Part shown: in pieces, positions 14,501 through 26,398 of the stretch
Layout: each line of letters begins with the position of its first letter
Position numbering within the stretch: position 1 is the stretch's first letter
Origin: Microthyrium microscopicum
Taxonomy: Eukaryota
Assembly (NCBI GenBank): GCA_010405405.1
Contig: MU004240.1
Coordinates: 634,316-698,315 of the forward strand
Direction of reading: 5' to 3'
DNA: 64,000 nt
The notes under the pieces: generated by a model
What the model saw: only the letters and a program-made list of their open reading frames with translations
What the model was told of the DNA's origin: nothing
The model's database searches: none
Position numbers and translations under genes: made by a program

Positions 14501-15087
14501 GGTGGTGCGGAGATGTGTTTGATGCTGGGGGAGTATGCGTATTTTGATGAGGTGGCGTGGTGAGTCTGATGATGCTCTTTGATAATTACGGGATGTTTGG
14601 ACTGGCAGGTCACATTTTTAGATTGGTTGGATGGGTTTGGGCGCGCTTGAGAGGCTCTCAATTGAGTCGCTGATATGGTGGACGGTTTATTACGAAGTTC
14701 ATCACTGCATTAGATTTGCATATCATGTATTAATGAGGATCATTTGATTACAATCAATATCTTGCAGTCACAAGATGCAAGCAGGTATTGATTTCATACA
14801 CATGATATTTGAACTATCTGTGTTCACCTCTAACAGGTGTAAAGTGGATATATACATTGAATGTTACAACTGGCTGTCAAGCATTGCTAACTTTCCACAT
14901 GCCAGTAAAATGCCCGAATTCATAACAGGGCCAAAGAAGAAAGGTCATATTGAACCAAACGCTCAAGCCAGCGCTCGAAAAGAAGAAATGTACAAGAACC
15001 AAAGTCTTGAATGTCGGAAGTAAAAGAACGTTGGAGCAGTTAGAGTGCTCGAGCTTCCCAAAAGTGAAATGCCAGTCATGGCATGGC

Positions 15088-16542
15088 TTAGTTTGCAATG
15101 TAAGCCTTGCCAATGGCGCTCAGAGTCGTGGCAGAGCTGAGGAGAATGCCATCGTTGGCCATGAAGTAGGCATATCGCTCAACATATGGCTGGGCATCGA
15201 GCCAAGGAAGAACAGCAGCGAAGAATGCCGAAACTTGGTCATCGGTTCCAGAGGCGCCGAATTCAGTGATCCAGATTGGTCGGTTACCGCCAGCAGTATA
15301 CGCATCTGAAACGTGTTGTTTGAAGTAGGCTATGTTGGTAGCAGAGTCATACCAATGAATGGCGACGGCATCAATTGTGCAACCAGAGCAAGCCGAGAGG
15401 AAACTGGAGAGCCATGTAAGACCACTTGGAGCGCCTCCATTGGTAACAGCTGGTGATACCAAACGAGCCTTGCAAGCGAGCGGCTCCATGTCTTTCTTCC
15501 AACCCGCAGCGGCGGTAGCGGGGTCAATGTTGGATTGTGTGGAAAGATCGGGCTCGTTGAAACCGAGGAGGTGCTGAGCGCCAGCAGCAATAGCAGCAGT
15601 AGCATCAGCATTCCAAGTGTTGACGCGAGATTGGTCTTGTGAAGTCCAGAGCATGGGCTCGTAGACGACATTGCTTGGCATGGAGCCGGAAGGATTTGAA
15701 CCCCAGTTGTAAGCCCATGAAATGGAAGAGCCAAAAGGTGCGAGTAGGCTGGCAGTGTTGTAGGAGACACCGCGCTTGGTAGAAAGAGTTTTGGCTGCTG
15801 GACGGGCACAAGCGCCATTGTTTCCGGTAGAAGGAGCAGCACTAGGAGCTGATGCTTGAGTAGAAGAAGCAGCTGGTGGAGCTTGAGACGCTGGAGCAGA
15901 TACAACTGGTGCGGGCATGGATGAAGGCTTTGATACTGGAATTGACACTGGAGCAGCGGAAGTTGGAGCAGCGGAGGATGGAGCGGCTGGTACAGGAACC
16001 TTTGCTGCACCTTGGTTATCCGGTACAGAGCTAACGATTGGCACAGCGGCAGCAGAGCTCATTGCAGGGACAGGGGCGGCGATAGAACTTGTGGCAGGAA
16101 CAGGGACAACAGTTGCAGTTGAGGTGGCCGTGAGCGTTGATGTCGAGGTAACAGTGGTATCAGTCGTGTTTGCAATGTTGAGAACAGCTCCCCAAACGCC
16201 AACCTTGGACACTCTGGAGGGAATACCACCTTTGAGATAGCAGTTCGTGTTGTACCAAGCCACAGCCTCGCAGCCAGTGCGGTTAACACACGAGCCAATG
16301 CAATCCGCGAAAGATTGCGTTACTGCGCCGTTTGGAGCTGGCATATCTCCCAGAACCGTGTCGACATTGCATTCAATACCCCAGGTCTTGCCACCCATTG
16401 AAACGACGGTTCCATTGCCAGCTGGACAGGTGATGGAGGTAGTGTTGACAGTAGAATGGTTGATAGTATTTTTCTTATGGCGGCAAGATGGAGCCGCAGA
16501 GACAGTCTGCAAAAGCAGAAGACCGAGAGTTAGATAGACCAT
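15088..16542 (-). CDS. Secreted GH128 beta-1,3-glucanase-like (Asl1-like) protein with N-terminal PAN/Apple-like domain and Ser/Ala/Pro linker
   Basis: Signal peptide MVYLTLGLLLLQTVSA; C-x3-C-x5-C...CYLK apple motif; GH128 motifs WAYNW, LLGFNEPD, AIHWY, PIWITEFG, VERYAYF. Confidence 0.92.
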   Translation of the reverse strand: MVYLTLGLLLLQTVSAAPSCRHKKNTINHSTVNTTSITCPAGNGTVVSMGGKTWGIECNVDTVLGDMPAPNGAVTQSFADCIGSCVNRTGCEAVAWYNTNCYLKGGIPSRVSKVGVWGAVLNIANTTDTTVTSTSTLTATSTATVVPVPATSSIAAPVPAMSSAAAVPIVSSVPDNQGAAKVPVPAAPSSAAPTSAAPVSIPVSKPSSMPAPVVSAPASQAPPAASSTQASAPSAAPSTGNNGACARPAAKTLSTKRGVSYNTASLLAPFGSSISWAYNWGSNPSGSMPSNVVYEPMLWTSQDQSRVNTWNADATAAIAAGAQHLLGFNEPDLSTQSNIDPATAAAGWKKDMEPLACKARLVSPAVTNGGAPSGLTWLSSFLSACSGCTIDAVAIHWYDSATNIAYFKQHVSDAYTAGGNRPIWITEFGASGTDDQVSAFFAAVLPWLDAQPYVERYAYFMANDGILLSSATTLSAIGKAYIAN

Positions 16543-19033
16543 GGTTTTGATAGCTTGTTGATACCAGCCAACAATTGGAAAACAGTGGGATAGTTGGGGC
16601 TGAAGGAGAGGATAGAAAAGCAGGAAAGCACAGCTTGGGTTGTCAATGAGTGTGGTTTTAAAGGTACACTGTACCGTAAGTGAGTGTGTTTGGAGTGGAG
16701 AGGAAGCGTATGATTGATTGATTGTCAATGCAGACGGATGATGTTGGTTCCAAGTGAAGGTGAGAGAGTCAAAGAGTGAGAGAGGGATAGAGAAAGTAGG
16801 ATGAAGACCAAAGCTCCAATAACCAGGAAATGAACAATAACAAGCTTCAAGCTGCGGGGCACAAGAACGACACGGTTGGAGGGAAGGAGACAACGACGAC
16901 CAAGGACCAAAAACTTAGCAGTTGGCAGGAGCCATGGTGTTTATGTAGCAGGTGTAGCAGGTGCGACTGCTAGACTGGACCGCAATTGCCCAACTGGGGA
17001 GCAGGGGAAAGTGACAAGCGCCCGGTGCGGCAAGAGCACCCTAGACTCCCATTAGTGAAAACTACGGGGTGCGGAAGGCGGCATCATGTCAAAATCTAGA
17101 AACAGCAAGTACGTTGGGCGGCCGACTTTTCCTGGATAGGAAAGGGAGGGTGGGTAAGAGGCTAGACGGGCTAGAGCAGACACGTCAGACAGGCAAGACA
17201 GGCCATGTTGAAATTTGACTGCAATTTTCCATCATAGATGCAGGAATGAGCAAGGGGGAACTAGTAGTAGCATAAGTAGCATATCTCCTCAAGTTCGACA
17301 TAAAATCCACTTACCCATGCCTAAAATCAACATGTCTCTTGACTAACGTAGACTCTGTTCCACACTCCACTTGCATGCATCTCAAGTCTCCTAGGAGAAA
17401 CATGCCACCGCACTCGCTCTGTCCAACAACTCGCCCTGAACTACACTCTCGCACTTCCATTTGCCATCCGCACTGCCATCCCGCAGCCTTGAAAGTACAG
17501 AACCTGCTTGTTACCAAAATCCCCAACCGCCGCTCCCAAAATACCATCAACCATTCGTGCCCAACCTTACCACTCAAGCCGTACCTCAAATACAATTTCC
17601 TCGCCCACAAAGAACTAACCTCGTTACAACGGCCGCCAACGCAGCCAATCTAGATTCCAATCCACCCAAATTCCATCCAGGAGACCAGACAGGTTACGTG
17701 GAGTGAGGTTACAAAAGATACCCCTGAAGGCGCCAAGCAACACGCACTAGCGCCAGATGGTGAAACGCCCTCCAACACTCCTTGCCCATTTATTTCTGCA
17801 CTCCCCCCACCACCCAACACCACTTGCGCCCTTGCATTTGCATCAGATCTGAATGCGCTGCCTTGTTCCTGCAGCACGATACCGACCAGTAACAAACCGC
17901 ATACTACTGCATAATTCTGCAGGATTCCAAAAAGACCAAAGTGAACAGAGTGAACAGAGTACCGTAGCGACAACAAACGTTCTCTAGGAGGATGGTAAAA
18001 GTAACGCTGTACAAAAGCGTTTGTTACTTTTATGCCCAGTTTGCACAACCAAAATTGAGGGGCGTTGTGTGTCCACATTTGATTTGAGCCAAGGGGCCGT
18101 TGTATCATTTGATAATTTGACTCGTGTGCCATTCAAATCTCTGCAGTACTCCGAGGCGGAATCGCTATCACGGAATCACATATGACAACTAATAATTACT
18201 TGCAGCAAGAATAATAAGGACAACTTCCACACAAGTCACATAGTCACCACAGTCCTTAGCGTTCAATCACCAAGAAAAAGTCTCAATCCGCGCGTACGGT
18301 ACCTGACCTAACACCCATAACCCAAAGTGACATTCGCCTTCGCAATCAACCTAGTGTAAATCAACAGCCAAGAACGAAAAACTGCATGTTTCTAGGATTG
18401 TTTCGTTTGATGAACAACCGACAGAGCGACACTTGCTTGTACACGTTGTGACAAGCATTGGTCTGTGCTAGGAAGAATAGGGAGATCTCCGTTGGGGATT
18501 CCAGGGGTTTGGTTCCTTGACAGCGGGAGCGCACAGAGCGGTCGAGCGCGGACTGGAAAAGTTTAAAACCTAGGAATATTTTGTACTTGTAGATCTTCAA
18601 GTGGGGAAGAGGTAGTGATGATGGGATTTGGATAGATAGAGTATTGATCGGCTATGATATGTTCATGTGAATTTTGAGGATGCCGATTCTTGTCGAGATA
18701 TTAAGGTTTTCGGATGTTGGTGGTTCGGAGTCTTCGGAGAATTAACATGTGGCTGACTTTTGACATGTTCAGCGACGATCTTGGGATTTTATCACTGCTG
18801 ATCTTCTTTATATGGTTGATGAGTACATGTTATATCAATGTAGGTTGCGTATTTGATTTAAAGAAGACTCGAACGCTGAGTTATAGTTATATACATCGAC
18901 ACCAACTTGAAGCTAAACAGCTCATGACAAGTTTCCCAAAACTCCCTCCGAAATCCGCTTACCAGACGCCTGTCGAATGGAACAGAACGTATGCAATTGT
19001 TTGACCGAAATGATAAACTCCAAATGAAGCATA

Positions 19034-20953
19034 TTATAGCTCCCATTCCATATGATTAACACCACTCCATTCTGAACATCTACCCAACCAATTTCGGCGT
19101 ATGCAAGTTGATGGTTTGGCTGGCGTGCTCGTTGGCGCAGGTACAGCGTTTGTAGGTGGTGGAGTAACGAGCGGAGTCTTTGGCACAGTTGTTGCGGTCA
19201 AGCTAGGATCCTTACATCCGAACCAACCTGGATCGTGACAAGAAGACGTGCTTGTGGCAGGAGCCGTCGTTGGCCGAGTGGTTGTTTGAATAGGTTTTGA
19301 AGGTTTGTCTGTTTTGTCATTGCATCCGAACCAACCGGGCGTTTTACAGGTAGTCGTGGTAGTTGTTTCTGTTGTAGTTGTAGTGGTTGTGACTGAAGTA
19401 GTGGTGGTGACTTTTGTGGTTGTACTTTCATCCAAACAACCCCACCAGCCTGGTGTTTTACATGTTGATGTACGAGTTGCTGTAGAGGTTGATGATGGCT
19501 TTGTTTTCGAGGTGGTGGTCTCCGTATGATTACTCTCGTAGAACTCCCAGTTAAAACAGTCCGTACAGTCAACCATAGGCGTACAATTAGCTGGAGTATC
19601 ATATTTCTCAATCACATCTCTGAGGACGGATTCGATTTTATGGGTGCCAGCTCCGACACGCCAACCTAAATCTCCAACAGTGTCATATGTACAGGTCTGG
19701 CCTGTGTGGCATATACTCTGCATCGCATAGCCAGCAATTGTACAGACCGAAGAATACGTGTTGCAAGACCCCATAAAGATTGGATCAGCGGTATGTCCGA
19801 AATGAAATCCACCAGTACTTGCTCTTTGCTGGTGAGCGCCGAGGTGATATCCAGGGGGAGTGGGAAGACCGAGTCGTTTTGCAGGCATGGCTTCTCCTGG
19901 AGCTTCAAATGTGACCACTGGTAAGCCGTAGGTGAGTGCGACCAAACTACTGACAGAGCCACCAAGTGAATGTCCAGCGATCCAAATATCTGCATGAGGA
20001 TAGATCATACTAACGTTGCGGTAGATTTCTTGAGCAGCGTAATAGTAACGGTTCTTGTTCTTGAGTGCGTCCACAACACATGTCGAGTTGCATTGAAAAG
20101 CAGAAGTTTGGCAGTCGCATACTTGCAGCCAACCATAACGTCCACCTTGACCACAACAGCAGCTGAAGAATAGATTGTCGTTGATCTTGTCATTTGTGGT
20201 GGTACCGGAACCATCGAAAACGGCTGGCGCTGAAAGAGTTAGCGATCATTTAATAAAGCTGTGCCTCCAACTTACAGGTTCCTTTTATAGCAATTACCAC
20301 GGTCTGATTCTCGGAATCGGCAAAAATATGACCACGCAACCCATCATTTTCCCAACCAAAATCTTCGGTATAGTTGAAACCATTTCCAACGTCATGCCAG
20401 TCGTATTGATTATGGTCCGTGATGTAGGCATTTGCCGCCATTCTTGCCATGCTTAGTACTGTTTCCTTGTCGGTCACATTGGGACCAGGGACTTCGTCTA
20501 TAGTCCAAGCAGAAGCGTCCAGTGTAAGTGGAGAGCCTCTCATGCGACCGGCATCGAGAAGATGATCAATATGACCTTGACTTCGATCTGCTAACCGTTC
20601 GATTCGAAGAGTTTGGGATCGCGCTGCGAGCTTTGGTACGGGGACTGGGGGACCGTGGCCTCCCTCTAACATAAGAATGGAAGAGGGATCTGTGACATTG
20701 AACCGCCGGTGGAGGGATGGAAATTTGTGGGATCCATGATGGAAGATGTACTGAAGCGACTAGGTTATGTTAGTGTCAAAATCACGAGATAACTCGAAGA
20801 CAATCATACAAACTCCTTAGGGGGAAGTTCTAGAGATGGCTCTAACAGCTGTTGGTCTCCAGGAAGTAATATAGGTGGTAGATCTTGAGCTGTGATGGTG
20901 GCGGGGCCAAGGAGAGCGAGGAGTGAGAGGGGTAGTAGGAATAGGCGTCGCAT
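19034..20953 (-). CDS. ATG15: Autophagy lipase Atg15 (introns ~20760-20809 and ~20231-20276)
   Basis: [56 protein letters not shown] lipase motif, [14 protein letters not shown]. Confidence 0.95.
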
Positions 20954-21645
20954 TATCGCAAGTCTCCGTAGAGGTTACGAAGGCAGAGGATGAGGATGCA
21001 TAAGATGTTGTAGGAAGGCCTGGTGAAGAAGAGAAGGCAAGAGACTTGGAGGAGAAGAGAGGCTATGTTGATGGGCGAGGAGAGGTTGATGTTTTGGTGA
21101 TGGATGACGCTGAGGAAGGAGCAACGTGATTTGGTCAGTTCCGGCAGGCACCACCGAGTACTGACCCCTGGTTGGCTGGTTCCTTCCAAGGCTGGGTCGC
21201 GCTTGCCACGAGCCTCAGACCAAGCCGCATTAGGAAAGGCTGAAACTGTATGCGCCCTTGGTTGGCTGGAGAGACAAAGAGACCACGTATAATGGCAACA
21301 TTCAACCGTTAGCTATGCCTATAATATACACGAGAAGGGGTAGCAGTATTGTTGGCATTTTATCAAGGTCAGCCCTAAAGTTGACGCGCATCATGTTGAC
21401 GGCGGCAGGTGCAACATCGATTAGTATCAAACCCGCCTCTCGTCTCATCTCTACTATCATCTTCAAAGCTTGAGCGCTCTGCTCTCTCGTTGGCTCACCA
21501 GCCAGAATATAAGAAACATATGGCTGCCTATTAATCCTTTCCTTTTTCACTACTTGTCTACAGCTCACTTCATCCTTTACATCTTCTGCACTCCATCATG
21601 ATGCTTCTATCGTGATAGCCTAGCCTTCATTACCTCACCTCGACC

Positions 21646-23853
21646 ATGCAGACTTCCACTACTACCCGTCCAGTCGCTCAGACATCCATGTCATTCTCAC
21701 GCCTGGATTCTCCTACTTCCGAAACACTCTCCCGAACCCAGTCCACTACATCCATTGCAAGTGGACTCGGTGTCTCTGATGTCCCATTCGTTACTGGAAC
21801 TGTTACTGCCTCTCCAACAACTGAGGTTGAGGATGTATTTTCTTCACCGAAAGAGGATGAGGTTTCATCCCCGGTAGTTGGGAGTGGCCAGATTTGGCCG
21901 CCGCAGGGGTTCGATGATCTACCCATTGAGATTCGTAGTCTTAGTGAACGGTAGGCTGATTCCGCTATCTTCATACTTAATGTGCTAAATAATTCCAGAT
22001 TTCTTGAATCCCTCTCTGCAAAAGTTCACCCAACCCCTCTTTCTATCGATGCCCTCTCAGATCTATTCCAAGATTTTTACATGAAAGCCGAGAAGCCTAT
22101 ATCCACTCATGTTGCTGCTCTGTCATCTCAACTCTCTCGTAATAGTACATCCTTACGGAAGAAGCCAAATGGAAAGCCCGAACAGCAAATGCTTACAGCA
22201 ACTGAGATCAGTGATCGAAAGAAGCAAAGAGTCTTGCTCGCACAAAAGAAGATTGGATTAGAAGAAGCTGTCGAACGAGCCGTTTGCGAGAAGGTCTATC
22301 TCAAGCTATGGCACCATCGAAGCACTGACGATGAGCAAATGGACCAGAAACTACGCTCACGGATTGCCGCCCTTAACCTGGTTGGCATCGGACTAAAAGA
22401 ACTTCTCATCAGTGGTTCAGAAGAAGCTCCAGATGATCTCCTCCGAAAGACGATCGAACAAGAAGACCAGATCAAAGCATCACTAGAATCGGCGAGAGCA
22501 AGCATACAATCCATGACAGAGGAAAAGTACCCGCTTGGGAAGTTGTACCACTTGATAGATGCACATAAGAGCATTGTCGAAACACTCTCCTCCTATTTCC
22601 CTACGAATTCTTCCGCAGACGAAATCCTACCTACGATTATTTATACCTTGATTACTAGCTCCCCTGAAACCATCAACGTTATTAGCGATTTACACTTCAT
22701 TCAACGTTTTCGAAACGGCAGCAAAGTTGCCGGTGAAGCCAGCTACTGCCTCGTAAATCTAGAAGCCGCAATCTCCTTCCTGGAAACCGTCGAACTACCA
22801 ACTCTTCGTGCCGACGAACCTCTTGAGGGTCCAGAAAAGGCCAGCAGTACAATGCCACCAACACCAAGAAGAGATACCGCCCCTATGCAACTAGGCATTA
22901 CACCGGCAGATGACCCCCTAAGCGAACCATTTCCCACTCTCCCTGGCTCTCCAGACACTCCTCAAAAGCCCCTCCTAACAGCCAATCGCACATCGCGCAG
23001 TCTCAGTGAACTCCTCCAAGCGCCAAAGAACATCCTCGAAGACGCGAGCGACTCCTTCCGGAGTACCATCACCAACTCGGCCGATCACGCGGTTAGCACT
23101 CTCGAAAACTTCCGCTTCTTCTTCACCCGCGTGCGTGAAACACCATCCAACACACCTGAAGTCCCCGTTCCAAAAACCCTGGAAGATGCACGCAAACTCG
23201 TCTCCACGCCACCACTTGGCGCAGACCCATTCACCTCTTCCAGCCCACCAGATCAACCATCCCCGCTGCTAGAACAAACGCTTTCAGCAAAGGATTCACG
23301 GGTACTGGATCTGGTCGGCGGAAGGAGGATTCGCGATCGTAGCGCAGATAGTTCAAGATCTGGCAGTAGTTCCGGCAAACGCGTCTCCTTCGCCGGTCCC
23401 TCCACTGTTGACCCACTAGCCGAAAAAGCATTGCCAACCCTGCCGACCCCACCGCCTGCGAGTGCTGAAAATGCAGTCCCTCCAGTGAGTCCATTGCCAC
23501 TCATGACGCATGGGACCGCCGCGGTCGAAAGTATGAGGAATTTGACGAATAGTCTTAATCCGCTCAACCAATTCGCGAAGATGAGCCTGTTTGGTGGACG
23601 CAGTGCAAGCTCGCCTGCAGTCCCACCTACCTCTGCGCCCACGCTAGGCACACCTGGTGCAGATGTAAGGCCTGTAACGCCAACGGAGACGAAGGCGTTG
23701 GCGGCGGTCGAGGAGGTGAGGAAGATTGCAAAGCCGGTGAAGAGATTCATCGAGTGTAAAGATGCGAGAGATTTGAGGATTGGTGATGTGGAGGACTTGT
23801 TGGCAGAGTACAAGAGATTGGCGGCTGCGCTGGCCAAGGTTAGAGCGGAGTGA
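21646..23853 (+). CDS. VPS9-domain Rab5 GEF (Muk1-like); intron ~21951-21998
   Basis: DLPIEIRSLSER/FLESL; VPS9 core PLGKLYHL...SSADEILPTIIYTLI...FIQRFR...GEASYCLVNLEAAISFLE. Confidence 0.9.
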
Positions 23854-24065
23854 TTGATATATACGGATTTGACATTTGGCATATATGGAGGGATGGCTCG
23901 GGAGGCCTAGATTTGACAATTGCATTGCGGAGGTGTTTTGTTTTGGCACAGGCATGGACGTAACGAGCAGTAAATGGAAACTTTACTTCGTTGGATATCA
24001 AAACTCTTCCTCCCATCACTTGACGTCTAAACATGTAGATCTATCTCTCTATCACCCATTCTCCC

Positions 24066-25654
24066 CTACGTCCGACTCCCCACCCTACTCAACGGAAACA
24101 ATCCCTCCACGCTTCCCCTTCTCGCGCCCCAATGAACAGGCTGTCTTCTCAAAAACGCGCCCACAGCACCCAAATATCCCTCATGCCGTAGGAAGAATGC
24201 CTGCTTACTCCCTTTACTCCAAAACTTAATCGCGTAACTTAATGTTGCCATCGTCTGCCAGTGGCCGCCTAAAAAGGAGCCGCCAAAATATATATGTTCA
24301 CAGTTGTGTTTCTCAGCGTGCAGGTAGGCGATTTGCCCAATGTTGTTGGATATGGCGTACAGGAGGGATTTGGATATATCTTCGGGTTTGAATGCTATAT
24401 GGCGAGATGCTGCGTCGCCTGCGTCTGCCGGGGGTGGTGGCTCGGTAGATGGCGTGGGTGTTGGGGCGGTTGATGGGATGTGGGTGGTGTTGTTGGAGGG
24501 TTCGGTGGGAGGGTCGTGAATATCGCCGTTGCGCATGCCGCCATGGTCTTCAGCGTCGCGTTCGGCTTGGCGCTTGGTGCGGTAGACTTTGCCGAAGGAG
24601 CTGGCGATTGTGGTGGATTTGAGGCCGATTTTTGTGTAGTCTGCGCCGTATATGTCGCCGACTAGCATGTCTACTGCTGTGTTGTCGCCTTTTTCGGCTA
24701 GCTTTAGCATGTCGTCAAAGTTTCGCGCGCCTGTTAGTAGACTTAGGAGACCCCAGAGGGTTCCGCCGCCTAGACTTGTGCCGCCTACACGGGTGAATTC
24801 TCGTGGGCCGGATACTTTGATTATGCTGACGCCGGAGCCCATGTTGACGAGTAGATAGGGATGTGTAAATGCGCCGGTGGGCACGAAAGTGTGGGAGCCT
24901 GGCGCATCGCCGAATGTGAAGATTTCGCGGGGCACTTGGCTGATGAAGAAGTCGAGGCCGATTATGAGGCATTCCATCTCATCTTCGCGCATTACGGGCA
25001 CGCCCAGTATGGATTTGATCTTGTCGTAGAATTTGTATGCGCCGCCGCCGGTTGCGACGACGTAGAGGTCGGACGTGGCATTATCATCGTCAATGGCGCT
25101 TTCATGAGATGCTAACGGAGCAGATTGAGACTTGGTAGGAGAGGAAGGTGGACTATTACGTTGGCGGTGTTTGATGGCCAGTTGGCGCATATATTCTATG
25201 CAGGCATCGATGCGGTCGGTGGGGAATTTGAGGAAGTGCATGCGACCGCCGGTGTCTTTGTTGTCAGCTTCGAAGGACCAGTAACATAGTTTGATTAGAC
25301 TGCCGCCAATCTAACGAACGATTAGCGATTACTCGTGAAGCGATCTATTGGATTTACGATCTATGTATATCTGGTCTGATATGCTCGCGTGAGAGGTGCA
25401 TGGTGGGGGATACTCACGTCAACAGCCAAATGACTGACCACATTGTGCTGATGCGGTAATCGGATATCGTTATGTTCATGTTGATAGTCTTCATCGTCGA
25501 CGGTAGCTTCCTTCTCGTCTACACTGTCGACAATGTATGCGCCCTTGACATCGATCCGAACGTCGAGGGCGGATACTGCAGCTGCGACCGTATTCGCATC
25601 TTCCGAGGGTAAAAGTGCATGCGCAGGTGGACCTATTGTCACCGGGACGTCCAT
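24066..25654 (-). CDS. CAB1: Eukaryotic (type II, fumble-family) pantothenate kinase; intron ~25311-25417
   Basis: AVD|IGGSLIKL, ATGGGAYKF, EDEMECLIIGL, YLLVNMGSGVS, RVGGTSLGGGTLWGL, DMLVGDIYG, IASSFGK, FLRHEGYLGAVGA. Confidence 0.95.
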
Positions 25655-25869
25655 GGCGCCAGTTCAAAATTGAACAGCGGAAGAGAGTAAATGAAGCAAC
25701 TGCTGAGCAGCGCGGGGAATAGATAGACTGAGAGATAGGTGGTCATCATGATAGATGGTACGGTGCAGAGCTGATCATGGAAGTTGCATCCATTTGCCCA
25801 CAGCTAACAGCTAACAGCCCACCCACCTTCGCCCGAGGTGTTTGTTCCCGACCACATTGAAGCTCATAG

Positions 25870-26191
25870 CTCGCTAACTCGATTAATTCTCGAAATGTAA
25901 GCAACACTGATACACAGAATAACCTGTCGTGTGCCCATCGGCTTCGCTGGCTCCCATCGAATGCGTAAAAACCTCGACTTCGCATCGAATGCACTGGGAA
26001 AAAACGCATGCGATGGGAGATGTCGAAAACCACGTTGAAAACTCGGCCAACTCGATTACTCCTCGAAACGCAAGCAGCACTGATACACAGATTTACCGGT
26101 CGTATGCCATCGACTTCGCTAGCTCCCATCGAATGCGCAAAACCTCGACACAGTATCGAGTGCGCTGGGAATTACAGCATGTGATGGGAGC
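25870..26191. repeat. Imperfect direct tandem duplication (period ~173 bp), each copy with an internal inverted repeat
   Basis: Copies ~25870-26020 and ~26042-26191 share AACTCGATTA, CACTGATACACAGA, CTTCGCT.GCTCCCATCGAATGCG, AAAACCTCGAC, CTGGGAA and GCATG.GATGGGAG. Confidence 0.9.
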
Positions 26192-26398
26192 GTGCCATTA
26201 ATTTAGTCGAGCGATTGGCAGGCTATGAACCAGAGAAATAAACAGATATTCCGATTAATGACTTCTCAATTACAGCATGGCAGTATACCAGCACTTCTAT
26301 CTGAAGATTTTCAGACGTCCCCATCCCCACAAAATTAATATTTAGACATAAAACGAAGTGAAACCCCGTCAGATCCAGAGCTCGAGACAGCGCAAATT

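Noticed and set aside
16543..16893. N-terminal extension of the 601-aa GH128 ORF
   Set aside because: It starts at a non-ATG codon in pyrimidine-rich leader-like sequence. The ATG at 16542 gives a proper signal peptide.
17311..18600. Short ORFs between GH128 and ATG15
   Set aside because: No recognisable motifs, no consistent splice structure, and overlapping ORFs on both strands.
25870..26191. 5S rRNA, tRNA, SRP RNA, TPP riboswitch or CRISPR reading of the tandem element
   Set aside because: Only short coincidental matches (e.g. CATACGACC on the minus strand). There is no cloverleaf or TPP core, and only two long copies in a eukaryotic context.
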